A DNA stretch of 63,469 nt, the filler included, from Squatina squatina (Eukaryota): assembly GCA_031763465.1 (NCBI GenBank). It is 4 parts of 4 records of this genome, joined end to end, with 100 filler letters (N's around TTAATTAATTAA, not from the genome) between each part and the next. Parts side by side here need not be neighbours in the genome. Positions count along the whole stretch, not along the records: positions 50,235 to 63,469 come from JARFOE010000100.1; 3 more parts are not named here. One strand, 5' to 3'. The notes under the pieces were generated by a model. The model was not told the origin of the DNA, did not search any database, and was given only the letters and a program-made list of their open reading frames with translations. The position numbers and the translations under genes are program-made. This document shows, piece by piece, positions 51,471-63,469 of this stretch; positions within the stretch are counted from its first letter, which is position 1; each line of letters opens with the position of its first letter.

Positions 51471-52789
51471 AAAAAAATGGAGCAAACTGGGGCAGTAATG
51501 CCTACTGCTTCAAGTCTACTACATCCATCTATCCTGTGAAACAAATTCACTTTAATCTTTTATTATTTTAGATCAGATAAGACATAACACATGTACCATC
51601 TTTTTATAACAGCTGCTACAAGGCTTTACAATATTCATTGTAAAATGGCTGCTCACATTTACATTTGCCGTCCTGTACTTTTGGCATCAGGTTTTCATGT
51701 ACTTCCTTAGGTTCCACAAGGAAATTAAAGCTGATTCAAATTAATAAATGTAAGTTGTTTTGAGGTCTGTTAAATTATCATTCATTTGTCTGAAATCTCT
51801 TTCACATTCAGCTGTATATGAGTTTTCACATATCAGAAGAGGTTTTAAGTCACTGGTTCTCCACAATGGCCCTTATGACATTGATGATCTGTTGTGCTTC
51901 TAACCAGAAGTGGTAACAAATATTCTTTCAAGCCACAGAAGGCCATTTGCTGGGGTCCAGTACATTTTGGTCTGCTTGGACCTCAGCATGAGCTGTTCCA
52001 GAGGTAGACAGTTGCTGCTCTATGTTGTTTGAGACTTTGCAGGAACTGTCCAGTGTGCATACCTCAATTTCCAGTTTGGCCTCAGAGAAACAGAGTTGAA
52101 TTTCTTGAGTCCTTGGTGTTTGAAATGTCTTCAAACTTCTCCCCTGCTGTATCTTTGAAGCAGCCCAAGAATTTTAATGTCATAAAAAGAGTCTGAAGCT
52201 CTTGTGACAATTTGGACAGCTCATGTAACACATTGTAGAGCAGGCCAAGATGACACAGGAAATCTCAAGTTGAAAGGTGGTCCCTTATAATTCTGTTTCA
52301 CATGCCTCCCATGACCCAACTGGAACAGCAATTTTGAAATGGTAGAAGTGGTCACTATAGGGCACCAGACAGCTTGTACATTCTGAAGTTGCTAGACATA
52401 CAACGCATGCCCAGGATGCAACAAATGCATTAAAGTTGCAATTCCAACCCTACAGATGATTCTGAAGCGAAATACTGCGGATGCTGGAATCTAGNNNNNN
52501 NNNNNNNNNNNNNNNNNNNNNNNNNNNNNNNNNNNNNNNNNNNNNNNNNNNNNNNNNNNNNNNNNNNNNNNNNNNNNNNNNNNNNNNNNNNNNNCACATT
52601 GGTCTGAAGCAAAACTATTGTAGTTTCAATGTTGCTTGGGAGCGAGTGAGGACAATGAAGAGAGACAGAGAAAAACGGAGATTGCAGGCTTCTATTAATT
52701 GTCAAAAAATAGTTACTCAAATGATCAATTTTTGCATTGATTACTATGTCCCTTTAAGAAGACATAACCTTCCCGATTAACCCTTGAAT

Positions 52790-53135
52790 TTACAAGGATG
52801 CTGCCAGAATTGAGGGGATGCAGCGTTCAGGAAAGATTGAACAGTGTCGGGCTCCTTTCTCTGGCATAGAGAAGACCATCAGGAGACCTGGTAGAGGTCT
52901 TTCGCATTAGTGCATTGGAATGGCTGTGGAGAAACTGCTTCCACTTGTGGGTGAGTCCAGAACCAGGGGCCATAAATGTAAGGTAGCCACCAACAGATCA
53001 AACAAAGAATTTAGGAGGACTTTCTTGGTACAGAGAACGGAGAGAAGGTGGAACTCAATGTCATTAGGAGTGGTGGAGGCAGAAAGCATTGATGCATTTA
53101 AGGGGAGGTTTGATGCATACATGAGAAGGGAATAG
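52790..53135 (+). mobile_element. CR1 LINE 3' fragment
   Basis: ESRTRGHKCK...FRRTFLVQRTERRWNSM...IDAFKGRFDAYM. Confidence 0.85.
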
Positions 53136-55039
53136 AGGGATACAGGGGCTGAGTGGGAAAAGATAATTAGAGTGGGAGGAGACTGCCATAGACCAGTGCT
53201 GTAGATGCTATGTCCCTCGACCTGCGAGAACATGCATAGAACTTTTTCATTATGCCCTTGTGGATGCTTAACAGCTTCATACAGTCGATGCATGGCACAG
53301 TTCAGGCACGTGTCAGCCCTTTCCAACCCAATTTGCAAGATAATAAGTAACATGCAATTAGCTGTGGTAGGGCAATACTCAGAGATAAAATCTTCCAGTT
53401 GTGTGTGTTTGATGTCAGCAGGGCACAGTCGTTTGTATCACACTGATACCAAACGATAATGTTGCTATTTATTGCAAAATTGGTGGTTTTGCCAAAAGTA
53501 GCAGGGCTACCACTGGGGTTAAAGGTCAATGAGTAAAGCTCACCAAGTAAACATGCACAAGTATTATGCACAATGGGAGAGTATGTAAAATTTCCAGTTG
53601 ATTAATAGTTGTAACTAGTAGTTTTTTGGACTTTGTGGCAAACTATGCAATATAATATTCTGAACTTTTTAAAAAAATCACTTAAGTCTTATTTTAAACT
53701 AAATGGCTTTCCAGCACATTCAGGACCACAAATAGTTGCAACTTTATTCCGATGTTTATTTAAGATTTTGGGCAATTTAATATGGAGCCCAGAAGTCTGA
53801 CTTGGATGGGGTCTGTTGATTGTATTCTATTTTTTCCAAAGTTGGCATCAAAGAACTGTCACGCTTCAGGTATAGCTTATATATAATTGCAAGTATTTGA
53901 AACCTCTGCCAGTATAACTTCACAATGTTATGACATATTTAGGTCCTTATCAAAAATTATTGTATTGTCTTCTGTCTGGTTAAAACCATCTGCAAATTAT
54001 TTTCTGCCATATAAGATTTCATTGCATTTGTGTCTTTGTACTAAGTAATCTGGCCAATCATTCATCGGCATCCTGAGCTGATCTGTGTTAACATTTTGTT
54101 CCAATGTTTGAAGCAAAGCTTGTGGGGAATTCTTCATTTGCACCGCACTATATGATCCATGCATCTAGAGACGCCTTTGACATATCAGACTTGCATGTCT
54201 GATTTCCCTTTCTTAGAAGAGCTTAAAGAAAATCCCAGATCTATCGGCTTGCTTTTAAAATTCTGCAAATTAATGGCTTTCTAAGACCCTTTGAAACCCT
54301 GAATCTACACTTTCAAATTTATTGTCAAAATGATGTTGCTTGGTTTGTGTAACGTGAACTGTTCTATCCGACCATGCGAGGATCGTCATCAGGCTTCAAC
54401 ACACCCCTTCATTTGGAAACAATCCTTTAATTAAAGGGGGAACAAGATATTGAAATGATATATTTAGGATTTTAAGGGGGAAAAATTCATCCCCTTAGTG
54501 TTTCCCGTTAGCACCAGCAGATGGCGCTAGCGGGCCACTAGAGCATTATCGCCGGGTCAAGGCGAATCCNNNNNNNNNNNNNNNNNNNNNNNNNNNNNNN
54601 NNNNNNNNNNNNNNNNNNNNNNNNNNNNNNNNNNNNNNNNNNNNNNNNNNNNNNNNNNNNNNNNNNNNNAATCGTACATCTAAAGAAGGTTTTTCTTCAA
54701 TGTTTTAGCTCCAGACCTAAAGGAATATATGGCATTGCATGCAATTTACTTGATTCTGCTTTAACTCACTGTTACTTGTATTTTTAGAACCAAAATACAT
54801 TTGCAAGCATTTTTTAGTTTTCTAAAGGCATTGTGGTTAAAGAACAAATGTTCAGAAGCTTTTGATGAGACTGTTTGATTCTTATTTCAAAAACTTCTTG
54901 TTTCCATGTGTTTAATCTATTCCTTCAGGGAAATAAGGAAAAAAATGCACATATTCTGCAGGAATTAGGAATTTTTTAAGCAGTCTCAGTGATTAAAAGA
55001 AGAGCAAAATTATACAGTCAAAGATATATTATTCTTTAC

Positions 55040-55728
55040 CACCACCTCTCTTGGCCCCTCCACTGCTTCTGATTTGTCATGGTGCTTGTCTGACACCAGT
55101 ATTGGATGAGCAGAAATTTCCTCCAATGAAATATTGTCTCTTTGGCCCCTGCCACAAATTCTGTTCCCCAGTCACCAACACCATCTCCCTTACTGGCCAT
55201 GTCTGAGACGGAGCCAGACTGTTCACAACTTCGGCGTCTTATTTGACTTTAACTGAGCTTCCAACCCCATATTCTCCCCATCACAAAGACCACCTCCTTC
55301 CACCTCTGCCCTTTTCCATCACCGCCTCAGCTCATCTGCCACTGAAACCCACATCCATGCTCTTACCTCCAGACTCGACTACTCCAATGCTCTCCTGCCC
55401 TGCATCACATCTTCCATCCTCTGTAAATTTCAATTCATCCAACACTCTGCTGGCCGTATCCTAACTCCCACCAAGTCCCATTCACTCATCACATCTTTGC
55501 TCGCTGACCTACATTGACTCCCAGTCCAGCAACACCTCAAATTTAAAATTCTCATCCTTGCGTTCAAATCCCTCCATGGCCCCAGCTCTCCCTATCTCTG
55601 TAACCTCCTTCAGCCCGACAGTCCTCTGAGATCTCTGTGTTCCTCCAATTCTGCCCTCTTGATCATCCCTGATTTCCTTCGCTCCACCAGTGCCTTCAGC
55701 TGTCTTGGTTCTAAGCTCTGGAATTCCC
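55040..55728 (+). mobile_element. Decayed L2 LINE 3' fragment
   Basis: TSRLDYSNALL and FKILILAFKSLHG motifs. Confidence 0.85.
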
Positions 55729-56050
55729 AAGTAGATAAAAGTTGTAGCCATCCAATAATGGAAAGGCTCCACAGAACTCAAATTGATAAGAGGATTAATA
55801 TAATTAAGGTCAAGTCCCAAAAGGCACCAATGGGCGTCACCCAAACTTCAAAAACACAAGAAAAAGCTGGAAGACAGAGTTGGAGAATAACCATAGCAAC
55901 TTTTGGAGTGCAACAAAGTCTGATCCTGGGATTGTGGGGGTATCAAACATAAATCTTCCTTGGCATGGAAGCACAACAGGTAAACTATCTGTACAATTTT
56001 TGGGGGTAAAACAAAGGATCTGCTCAGAATGGGCAAATGGATCAGCAAAA

Positions 56051-56500
56051 TGTCAGCTGTGGCTCAGTAGGCAGCACCCTCGCCTCTGAGTCAGAAGGTT
56101 GTGGGTTCAATTCCAACTCCAAGGATTTGAGTACATAAAATCTACGCTGACACCCCAGTGCAGTGCTGAGGGAGTGCTGCACTGTCAGAGGTGCCGTCTT
56201 TCAGATGAAACATTAAAGTGAGGTGGACATAAAATCCCATGGCACTGTTTCAAAGCAGAGCAGGAGAGATATCCCTATTGTCCTGGCCAATATCTATCCC
56301 TCAATCAACACAACAAAACAGATTGTCTAATCATTATCACATTGCTATTTGTGGGAGCTTGCTGTGTGCAAACTGGCTGCGTGTTTCCCACATTACAAGA
56401 GTGGCTACACTCCAAAAAGTACTTAATTGGCTGTAAAGCGCTTTGAGACATCCGATGGTCGTGAAAGGCGCTATATAAATATAAGTTTTTCTTTCTTTTT
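56051..56500 (+). mobile_element. Full-length DeuSINE (SacSINE1-like)
   Basis: A-box TGGCTCAGTAGG, B-box GGTTCAATTCC, Deu-like core GAGGTGCCGTCTTTCAGATGA, tail AAAGGCGCTATATAAAT shared with L2. Confidence 0.88.
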
Positions 56501-59289
56501 CAAAGCTATGGGAAGATCTCCTGAAAAACTGAAAATTTATCAGGGTGCTCCTATGTGCAATTTTCCTGTGAAATGGAACGAATTTCTATTCCATTAGGAA
56601 ACACACAGAGGTTAAACAGATTAGAATACAAGAGAATGATGTCAATGTACACAGATCATACAGCCCAAAAATGTCCAGGTCATAATGCTGTGCCATTCAA
56701 AAAGGGACAGAATACTTCAAAAACTTTTCCATGAATACAATGTGCAAAACAAGAGGGAAACTAAACCTCGGTCATTTTATGCCACAAAATGTGCAGTGCT
56801 GCTCACGGGATCTTTAAAAAAAACCCTCAATTGGCATTTTACGTGTAAAGCAGAAGATTGGTACAAGTCTGCTCAACTTCACAACCACAACATAATAGTT
56901 TGTTGGATTGTTTATTATAGCAGGAAACGAATAATTACTGCAAAGTAATATGAGCCAGCAGTATGCTTCCGAAGATGTAATTTTTGCTATTGATTGAAAA
57001 ATTCACAATGAAGGTTCCAGGTATAATTGTAATTACAAGCAATGTGGCATACTTTATACAAACAGACATAAGCTCAGGACTACCTCCAGAAGCATAAACG
57101 GGGAGGTTAGAGGGAATTTTTTCAAACAAAGAGCTTTGCCATAGGTGGCTACTGAAGCCAAGTCGATTACAATATGTATGAACAAATTAGATAAATACGT
57201 GAAGAAAAATATTTAAAGGAAAGTAGGATTGAAGTAGATAGATCTGATACAGAGCTGACACAGCTATGATGAGTCAAATAGCCTTCTTCTATGTTTAAAC
57301 CTCTATATTTCTATGACAAATTATCTGTTCACCAGGAGCCATTTAATAAGTTTATTTTTTCAGAAATACAGTTTTTTTTTAAACTAAAACAACTAGATGG
57401 TGCAATCAATTTTATGCTTGAAATTGCTTTCTCTAATCAGTTCCAGACACGATCTATAAAATACATTCCCATGAAGATTTTATCAAGCTGATCTTAATAT
57501 ATCAATGGATGTCACTACATCAAATGCAAAGAATAGGCAGAGTGGGAGAAGGAGAGGAGGAAATACATTCCTTACGGGCTTATATTAATATACGGGTTGG
57601 TTGGTAGCGGGAAGGTTTATGTACTTAGGCCAGTATCTCAAAATATTTGCAGTTCAAAATGACTATCTTTCAGATGCTCTCATTCTACAAGCTTAATGTA
57701 TTAATGCACTGCACTGCAAAGAAGAGAGCTACGTGGATTTCAACCCACCATGATATCCGCTATAGGAAAGCTATTGTCCACAGCAGGTCTGCCAAAGGGG
57801 AAACACCAATCTGATCAGGCACTTTCCCCACAGACAAAGAAGGAACATTGTATCGCCTAGTATCTAGTTACAGGGTTGACAGAGAGCTCAGTACGGATCA
57901 TCGAATGCTACAAATCCTGGCGGGGTGGTGGGGGAGGGGGGCGGGGGGGCTCTTTAAAGCTCTTGTCACTGTTGCTGCTTGCAGCCAGAAGACTGGTGAT
58001 TCCACAACAGGTGTTTAACTTCTTCAAAACACGAAACAGGCGCTCCTGATTTGCAAGTTTTATATGAAAATCAGGCATCAAACGCCCATTGTTAATCACA
58101 GTGGTTTAGGCAATTTTCTGATTGCAANNNNNNNNNNNNNNNNNNNNNNNNNNNNNNNNNNNNNNNNNNNNNNNNNNNNNNNNNNNNNNNNNNNNNNNNN
58201 NNNNNNNNNNNNNNNNNNNNNNNNNNNAAAATATTCTATAGATTGGGCTGAAAAAGAAGTGTTTTATAAAAGCTGAATTCTTTCTTTGATATGGAACACA
58301 TGTTTCAGTTAAGGTGGTCATACTGTACTTGCTTTATCAAAAGTAATGATTGGTCAGTTTTGAAAAGTGTTCGCATGTAGCCCATCCCTGATATTAATTT
58401 CTAATGCATGCGCTTGGAAAGTAGTCATGCAAGTTTCTCAACCTTGAGTGAATTTGTATTCTATAATCGTTCCAGTATAATAAAACCCTCCCCATCCCCC
58501 TCATACCCCACCCACGTTCTTTAGATTCAAAACAAAACTTTTGCTGGAAGATTTGGGTTTCATGATTGCCTAATTTTAAGTTATGATGTGCAGTATTCTT
58601 GTTTAGATAAAGTTATGATGGTAACTGTTGTCCAATCTCTTTATATCTATGTCTGTAGCTCTGTAGTTCCATACTAACAGCCTCTTTTTATGATTGTTTT
58701 CTCCTTCTCAGATCTCAAAGGTTTAACTAGGGCAAAGAGACCAGTTGGCTAAGCAATTAACTTTCATAACTAGCCAACTGTAAAATTGCTGGTTACAAAA
58801 CCCCAATTGTGCATTTTGAATGAATTGTCATTCTTGTAAACACAGTGCTGACATTACACTTCTGAAATATAATCTGATGCATTCCTATAGAATTTTTTTA
58901 ATGGGGTATGTGTAATACTAAAACGTAGTGGTTAACTGTTTAATTCACACATCTGTCTAGGTTTGAACAAACTGTGCCCAGGATAGTTGTAGGTGGATAC
59001 CATTTTCTGTTTGTATTGCTTTATGTTTAAATTTTGAATGAAATTGAGTTTTTAGGCTAGATGTAAAAGTTGACTAAAGCATAATTCATTGATAACTTCA
59101 CAACAACCTTTTACCATACCAGTCTTTATGGAAGCCTCTTGTCGGCAGCAGCACTATAAAGTAAGTGAGGAGCACTGTACCTGGCAGATTTGGCTTATTC
59201 CACTTTTATACCGCAGTGAACTAGTGCAGGTATGACAGCTAGAAACAGTTACAAATGCAACTTTTAAAAACAGTATTGTTATTTAGTTC

Positions 59290-59509
59290 AAAAGCAAAAT
59301 ACTGCGGATGTTGGAATCTGAAATACAAACAAAAAATGCTGGAAAAACTCAGCAGCATCTGTGGAGAGAGAAACAGAGTTAACGTTTCAGGTCGATGACC
59401 CTTTGTCAGAAATGAAAAAAGTTAGAAGTGTAGCAAGTTTTTAAGCAAGTGCAAGGGCAGGGAAAGTGGGCAGGGGAGGAAAGAACAAAAGGGAAGGTCT
59501 GTGATAAGG
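59290..59509 (-). mobile_element. Penelope-like element terminus with hammerhead-like core
   Basis: AAATACTGCGGATG.TGGAATCT...GCATCTGTGGAGAGAGAAACAGAG family; minus strand CTGACAA-AGGGTCATCGACCT-GAAACGTT. Confidence 0.72.
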
Positions 59510-60036
59510 NNNNNNNNNNNNNNNNNNNNNNNNNNNNNNNNNNNNNNNNNNNNNNNNNNNNNNNNNNNNNNNNNNNNNNNNNNNNNNNNNNNNNNNNNNN
59601 NNNNNNNNNACTACCATGGCTGATACAAGTCAAGCTTAACCCTCAATGTCAACACATAACAGCATGCTATAGATTAATTTAAGTCTCCCTTGGGTTAGCT
59701 GTAGAATAAACTAAATTAGAGTTCCACTGCTGATATTATCCAGCGACCCCTACTGGGAAAGTACATATGTGTGAATGTCAGGTGAGGACGGGATTAAGCT
59801 CAGCACCGATGCCTTCTATAAATTATTGTTTTTTCCTATGAAGTGCCTATGAAGGGTTTTAGTTCCGATGTTGCCATGTAACTACATCAGAGCATTGAAA
59901 AATAATCTTTAAATAGCTTAGCATAGTCGAACAGCGTGCAATTTAATGGACAGCTAAATAGATAAACCAATGGGAAATTGTGATGATTATTGGCTAACCC
60001 TTAGCATTAAAAGCCTAAAATATTTTGTAATTTCAG

Positions 60037-60292
60037 GTTTGTGCACATCGATATGAACAAAGACGATATGTGAATAAACCGGAGGAGTCTCGCGACGTGA
60101 CTGGACAGTGCTATATTTTGAGTCAGGACCTAGTTTTCCGGGAAGATGAAATGGATACAAATGTGAAACTTTGTGCTGGGCGACCTCAGGGTCATGAAAA
60201 ATTTGGCATCTGTCAGCAAGGTGTAGCTAGCGCTTTTACCAAGGGCGATAATTATTCTGTGTATGGGGCTCCAGGTGCCTACAACTGGAAAG
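60037..60292 (+). CDS. ITGA6: Integrin alpha-6-like beta-propeller exon
   Basis: tttcag| ... |gtaac; 256 bp; VCAHRYEQRRYVNKPEESRDVTGQCYILSQDL...GHEKFGICQQGVASAFTKGDNYSVYGAPGAYNWK(G). Closest to ITGA6 among ITGA3/6/7; could be an ITGA6-like paralogue. Confidence 0.85.
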
Positions 60293-61407
60293 GTAACTTG
60301 TAATTTTTTTTAAAAATTGTAATAATACTGAGTTTTCTTGTGGTACATAATGATATCCATAAAATAAGCATAACCAACCCAGTAGAATAATGATTAACCT
60401 CATTTTAAAATGATGTATGTAAAGAATTAGCAGCTAGCAGCGGTAGACGGTATTGCAAGAGTCACTTAAAGATTGCATTAAGATTCCATGGGGCACTTGC
60501 CTCCACTGAGTGTATCCAACTTTCCTTGCTAGTAAGGTCTTGGTGTTTCACATTCGAAAGGTGAGCTTTAAGGAAAATTCGGGGCTCAGAGTACAGAACA
60601 AGCCCCTCACCTCTGTCGGATAATAATGTTTCTGCATAATAATAAAACCAGAATTCTATTCAAATCTTTCATGTGTCAGGCAGTTCAATAAGACTGACTG
60701 AGAGTTTAAGAGACCCTGATATACAGGTAGTTTGTCCGTCTGCATAGTTTTCTTTAAATGTGGTGTCGGGAGGAGCACTCCTGTTCCTCCGCACTCCACA
60801 TTCAGGTAAGTAAATGTGAAAAAACTTTTAGGTCACAAAGTCTGGTTTAACTGAGTGCAACTGGCATGAGCAAACCAATCCTAAGGTGAGGGCCTCAAAT
60901 AGGCATTAGGTGCTTTGCATATGCAAATAAGGGACCTAACACCTGCTTCAGGTTTGGGCCCTGGAAGCCAATTTATTTTCCTTTCCCAATATGGCAGGAG
61001 ACTCATTCCAGCCAGAAATGTACGTGTGCATCCTGCCCGTCAGGTTGGGGGCTTAACAGGCCAGTTAGTGTCAAATAAATTTATAGGCCATAATCTTAGA
61101 CTGCTGTACTTTTTATTAAGAATTGCTGAGTATTAATATGCAGGCGTAAAACTTCCAAGGGCATTGTCATAGCAGATGAAATAAATAGATCCTGTCCATT
61201 TATCTAGCACCTAAGAGTAAAAATTCCAATGATGTTGTAGTTACAATGATGAAAAATATGCAGTGAAATTACACTGTAAAATTCTCATTGATGACAAAAA
61301 CAATTGTGTTTTTTCTTCTTGAAATTTGAAAAGCTGTCCGAGTAACACAATCATTTACAGATATTTCAAATCTCNNNNNNNNNNCACTTAACCGTTTGTT
61401 CCCTCAG

Positions 61408-61527
61408 GAATTGTACACGTAGAGTCCAGAGATATTGAGGAGGTCCTCGATGATGGACCCTATGAAGTTGGTGATGAAACCGCCAGGAATGAAAAATTGA
61501 TACCTGTTCCCGCTAACAGCTATTTAG
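61408..61527 (+). CDS. ITGA6: Integrin alpha-6-like X1-type exon
   Basis: ccctcag| ... |gtagg; 120 bp, phase 1 to 1; (G)IVHVESRDIEEVLDDGPYEVGDETARNEKLIPVPANSYL(G); DGPYEVG and PVPANSYLG mark the X1 exon. Confidence 0.87.
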
Positions 61528-62069
61528 GTAGGCATAATGACTTTTAAAAGGGAAAGGGATAAATATTTTTTTTTAAATTTATGGGGAATGGAAAAAGGGC
61601 AAGGAAATTGGACTATTTGATAGTTCATTCAGAGATCCAGCACAATGGCATTGGGCGGAATAGCCTCCTTCTGTGCTATTCTGTTCTACTGGTCTTCCCC
61701 TTGGTGACCATGCAAGGCATGCTTTTCATGCTTTGCTTACTTTCTAATCTAATGTTAAGTCTAAGTGCTTCCTGAGTGGGAGGAGCAAATGTGTTGACAG
61801 GCTGCAGTTATTATTAAGTGTTGGGCTGAGTGACAGAGGTGGGCATATATGCCTGGGTGCGCGTGCATCTCTGGGTAAAGGATCATGAGATGGTACATAT
61901 ACAGCTAGAGGCATGTCTGGTAAATAATGGCTGTTACAGACTGCCCTTTAGCTGGCATTTTTTCAACACTACGAAAGGGAGGGTTGGGTAGATGCATGAT
62001 CACTAGAAAAAAGCTGCCTTTTCTGCCTTGCCGCCAGCTGTTGGGCATTTGTGCCTGATGACCAGTGAT

Positions 62070-62257
62070 ACTGAAGCGAAATACTGCGGATGCTGGAATC
62101 TAGAATACAAACAAAAAATGCTGGAAAAACTCGCAGGTCAGGCGGCATCTGTGGAGAGAAAAACAGAGTCAACGTTTCGGGTTGATGACCCTTCGTCAGA
62201 ACTGAAACAAGCCAGAAATACAGCAAGTTTTAAACCACTGACAGGCAAGGGGGTGGG
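62070..62257 (-). mobile_element. Penelope-like element terminus
   Basis: Same family as 59290-59509; contains the hammerhead core at 62167-62203. Confidence 0.75.
62167..62203 (-). ncRNA. Minimal type I hammerhead ribozyme motif
   Basis: Minus strand AGUU-CUGACGA-A-GGG-UCAUCAA-CCC-GAAA-CGUU-GACU: intact CUGANGA and GAAA, stem II GGG/CCC, palindromic ACGU helix III, stem I AGUU/GACU. Confidence 0.65.
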
Positions 62258-62357
62258 NNNNNNNNNNNNNNNNNNNNNNNNNNNNNNNNNNNNNNNNNNN
62301 NNNNNNNNNNNNNNNNNNNNNNNNNNNNNNNNNNNNNNNNNNNNNNNNNNNNNNNNN

Positions 62358-62483
62358 TGTGTAACAGGCTCGAGGGGCTGAATGGCCTCCTCTTGTTCCT
62401 GTGTAACAGGCTCGAGGGGCTGAATGGCCTCCTCCTGTTCCTATGTAACAGGCATGGGTTGTATGGCCCCCTCCTGTTCCTGT
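62358..62483 (+). repeat. 42-bp minisatellite derived from a CR1 tail
   Basis: TGTGTAACAGGCTCGAGGGGCTGAATGGCCTCCTC(T/C)TGTTCC twice plus one degenerate unit; truncated by the gap. Confidence 0.85.
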
Positions 62484-62967
62484 GATGGGGAATTCAGAAC
62501 AAGGGAACATAATGTAAAATTGGACCTAGGACATTTTAGTCTGTACCAATTAGTGCCACACAGAACAGCACTTTTACCCAGTAGGAGAGCTGATTGCTTA
62601 ATTTTTTTTGATGTCTGTTTTTCTTAGCCATTTCTTTTGATTGATTACTTACTGTCACAAACACAGACATTTTACCTTGATGTATGTTGTTCTCTTTTTA
62701 AATTAGGACAAAATGTTGTGTACAGCAAATCAGAATGGGTCTCAAGTAGACTGTGAACTGGGAAATCCCTTAAAGAGAGGATCAGAGGTAGGCTATTCTT
62801 TATTTTAACTTTTTATTCCAATATGTATATTTCACTTGTTTATGCTTCTCAGTGTGAAATCTAACAATTAATATTTGCCTGTTTCCTGAATTGAGCAAAT
62901 ATAATTTGCACATGGCTCTGATTTGTGCTGAAGAAAAATTTAATACAATTACTATTTTGGTTTCTAG

Positions 62968-63047
62968 GTTACTTTCCACTTGATTATGAGTACTGCTGGA
63001 ATTACATTGGACACCAGAAACCTTAGTATCAATCTACAGCTGGAAAC
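62968..63047 (+). CDS. ITGA6: Integrin alpha-6-like calf-domain exon
   Basis: tttctag| ... |gtaag; 80 bp; VTFHLIMSTAGITLDTRNLSINLQLE(T) versus ITGA6 VTFYLVLSTTEVTFDTPDLDINLKLET. Confidence 0.85.
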
Positions 63048-63121
63048 GTAAGCCGACTTAACATTTCTACTTTATATAAATATAGATTAAAAATTACATC
63101 CACTGAAGATGCAATAAGATT

Positions 63122-63469
63122 AGGGGGGTGAAATTTGGCACTCTTTATCGCTTAATTAGGGCGTTATTGAGGCGCTAAATCATCTTTTGCCTATAAAACG
63201 CCGATTTGCGCCTCCTGCGAAATTCGCCCCCAAATTTATTTTGGAGCTAAACTTTTGCGCCTCCGCAGCCAGGCAAGGTGGTATTTTTGGAGGCAGTAGC
63301 TGCCGGTGACATCAGCAGTGCGCGCGGCGCCTCATTGCAAAATTCCCCAGTCTCAGCACCTTAAGTGTGCTGACAAAAACAACGCCTTGAAAAATTGGCG
63401 TTACACATGATTCATGGGCTGGTCTGCCACCTTGCTTGATGGCATCAATAGCGGACTGAGTGCGAGCAC
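63122..63469. mobile_element. Harbinger-like non-autonomous element, 5' part
   Basis: TTA followed by GGGGGGTGAAATT; related termini at 29556, 36339 and 54476; CpG-rich GCGCC/GGCGC interior. Confidence 0.55.

Overview
Eukaryotic, repeat-rich vertebrate DNA, most likely from a cartilaginous fish (inferred from DeuSINE/SacSINE1-like SINEs plus CR1, L2, RTE, Penelope and PIF/Harbinger families). The assembly is fragmentary. Three artificial 100-bp spacers (44N-TTAATTAATTAA-44N at 16087-16186, 29632-29731, 50135-50234) split the window into four probably unlinked blocks, each with many 100-N/10-N gaps that must hide large amounts of sequence. Most ORFs in the track are spurious, antisense or N-filled. 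The real coding signal is isolated spliced exons. Block A (minus): two exons of a TNF-receptor-superfamily cysteine-rich domain. Block B (minus): one 270-bp teneurin (TENM4-type) exon and an unexplained degenerate coding-like region. Block C (plus): a CpG island, an HMGB3 exon and three exons of a CLOCK/NPAS2-family bHLH-PAS gene best read as the non-mammalian PASD1 orthologue with an intact bHLH; one of its exons is split by a GC-rich foreign insert. Block D (plus): three integrin alpha-6-like exons. Non-coding highlights are minimal hammerhead-ribozyme cores in Penelope termini and a MITE carrying an amplified NRF1-type palindrome. No tRNA, rRNA or CRISPR features are supported. All family and paralogue assignments are from recall, not database searches.
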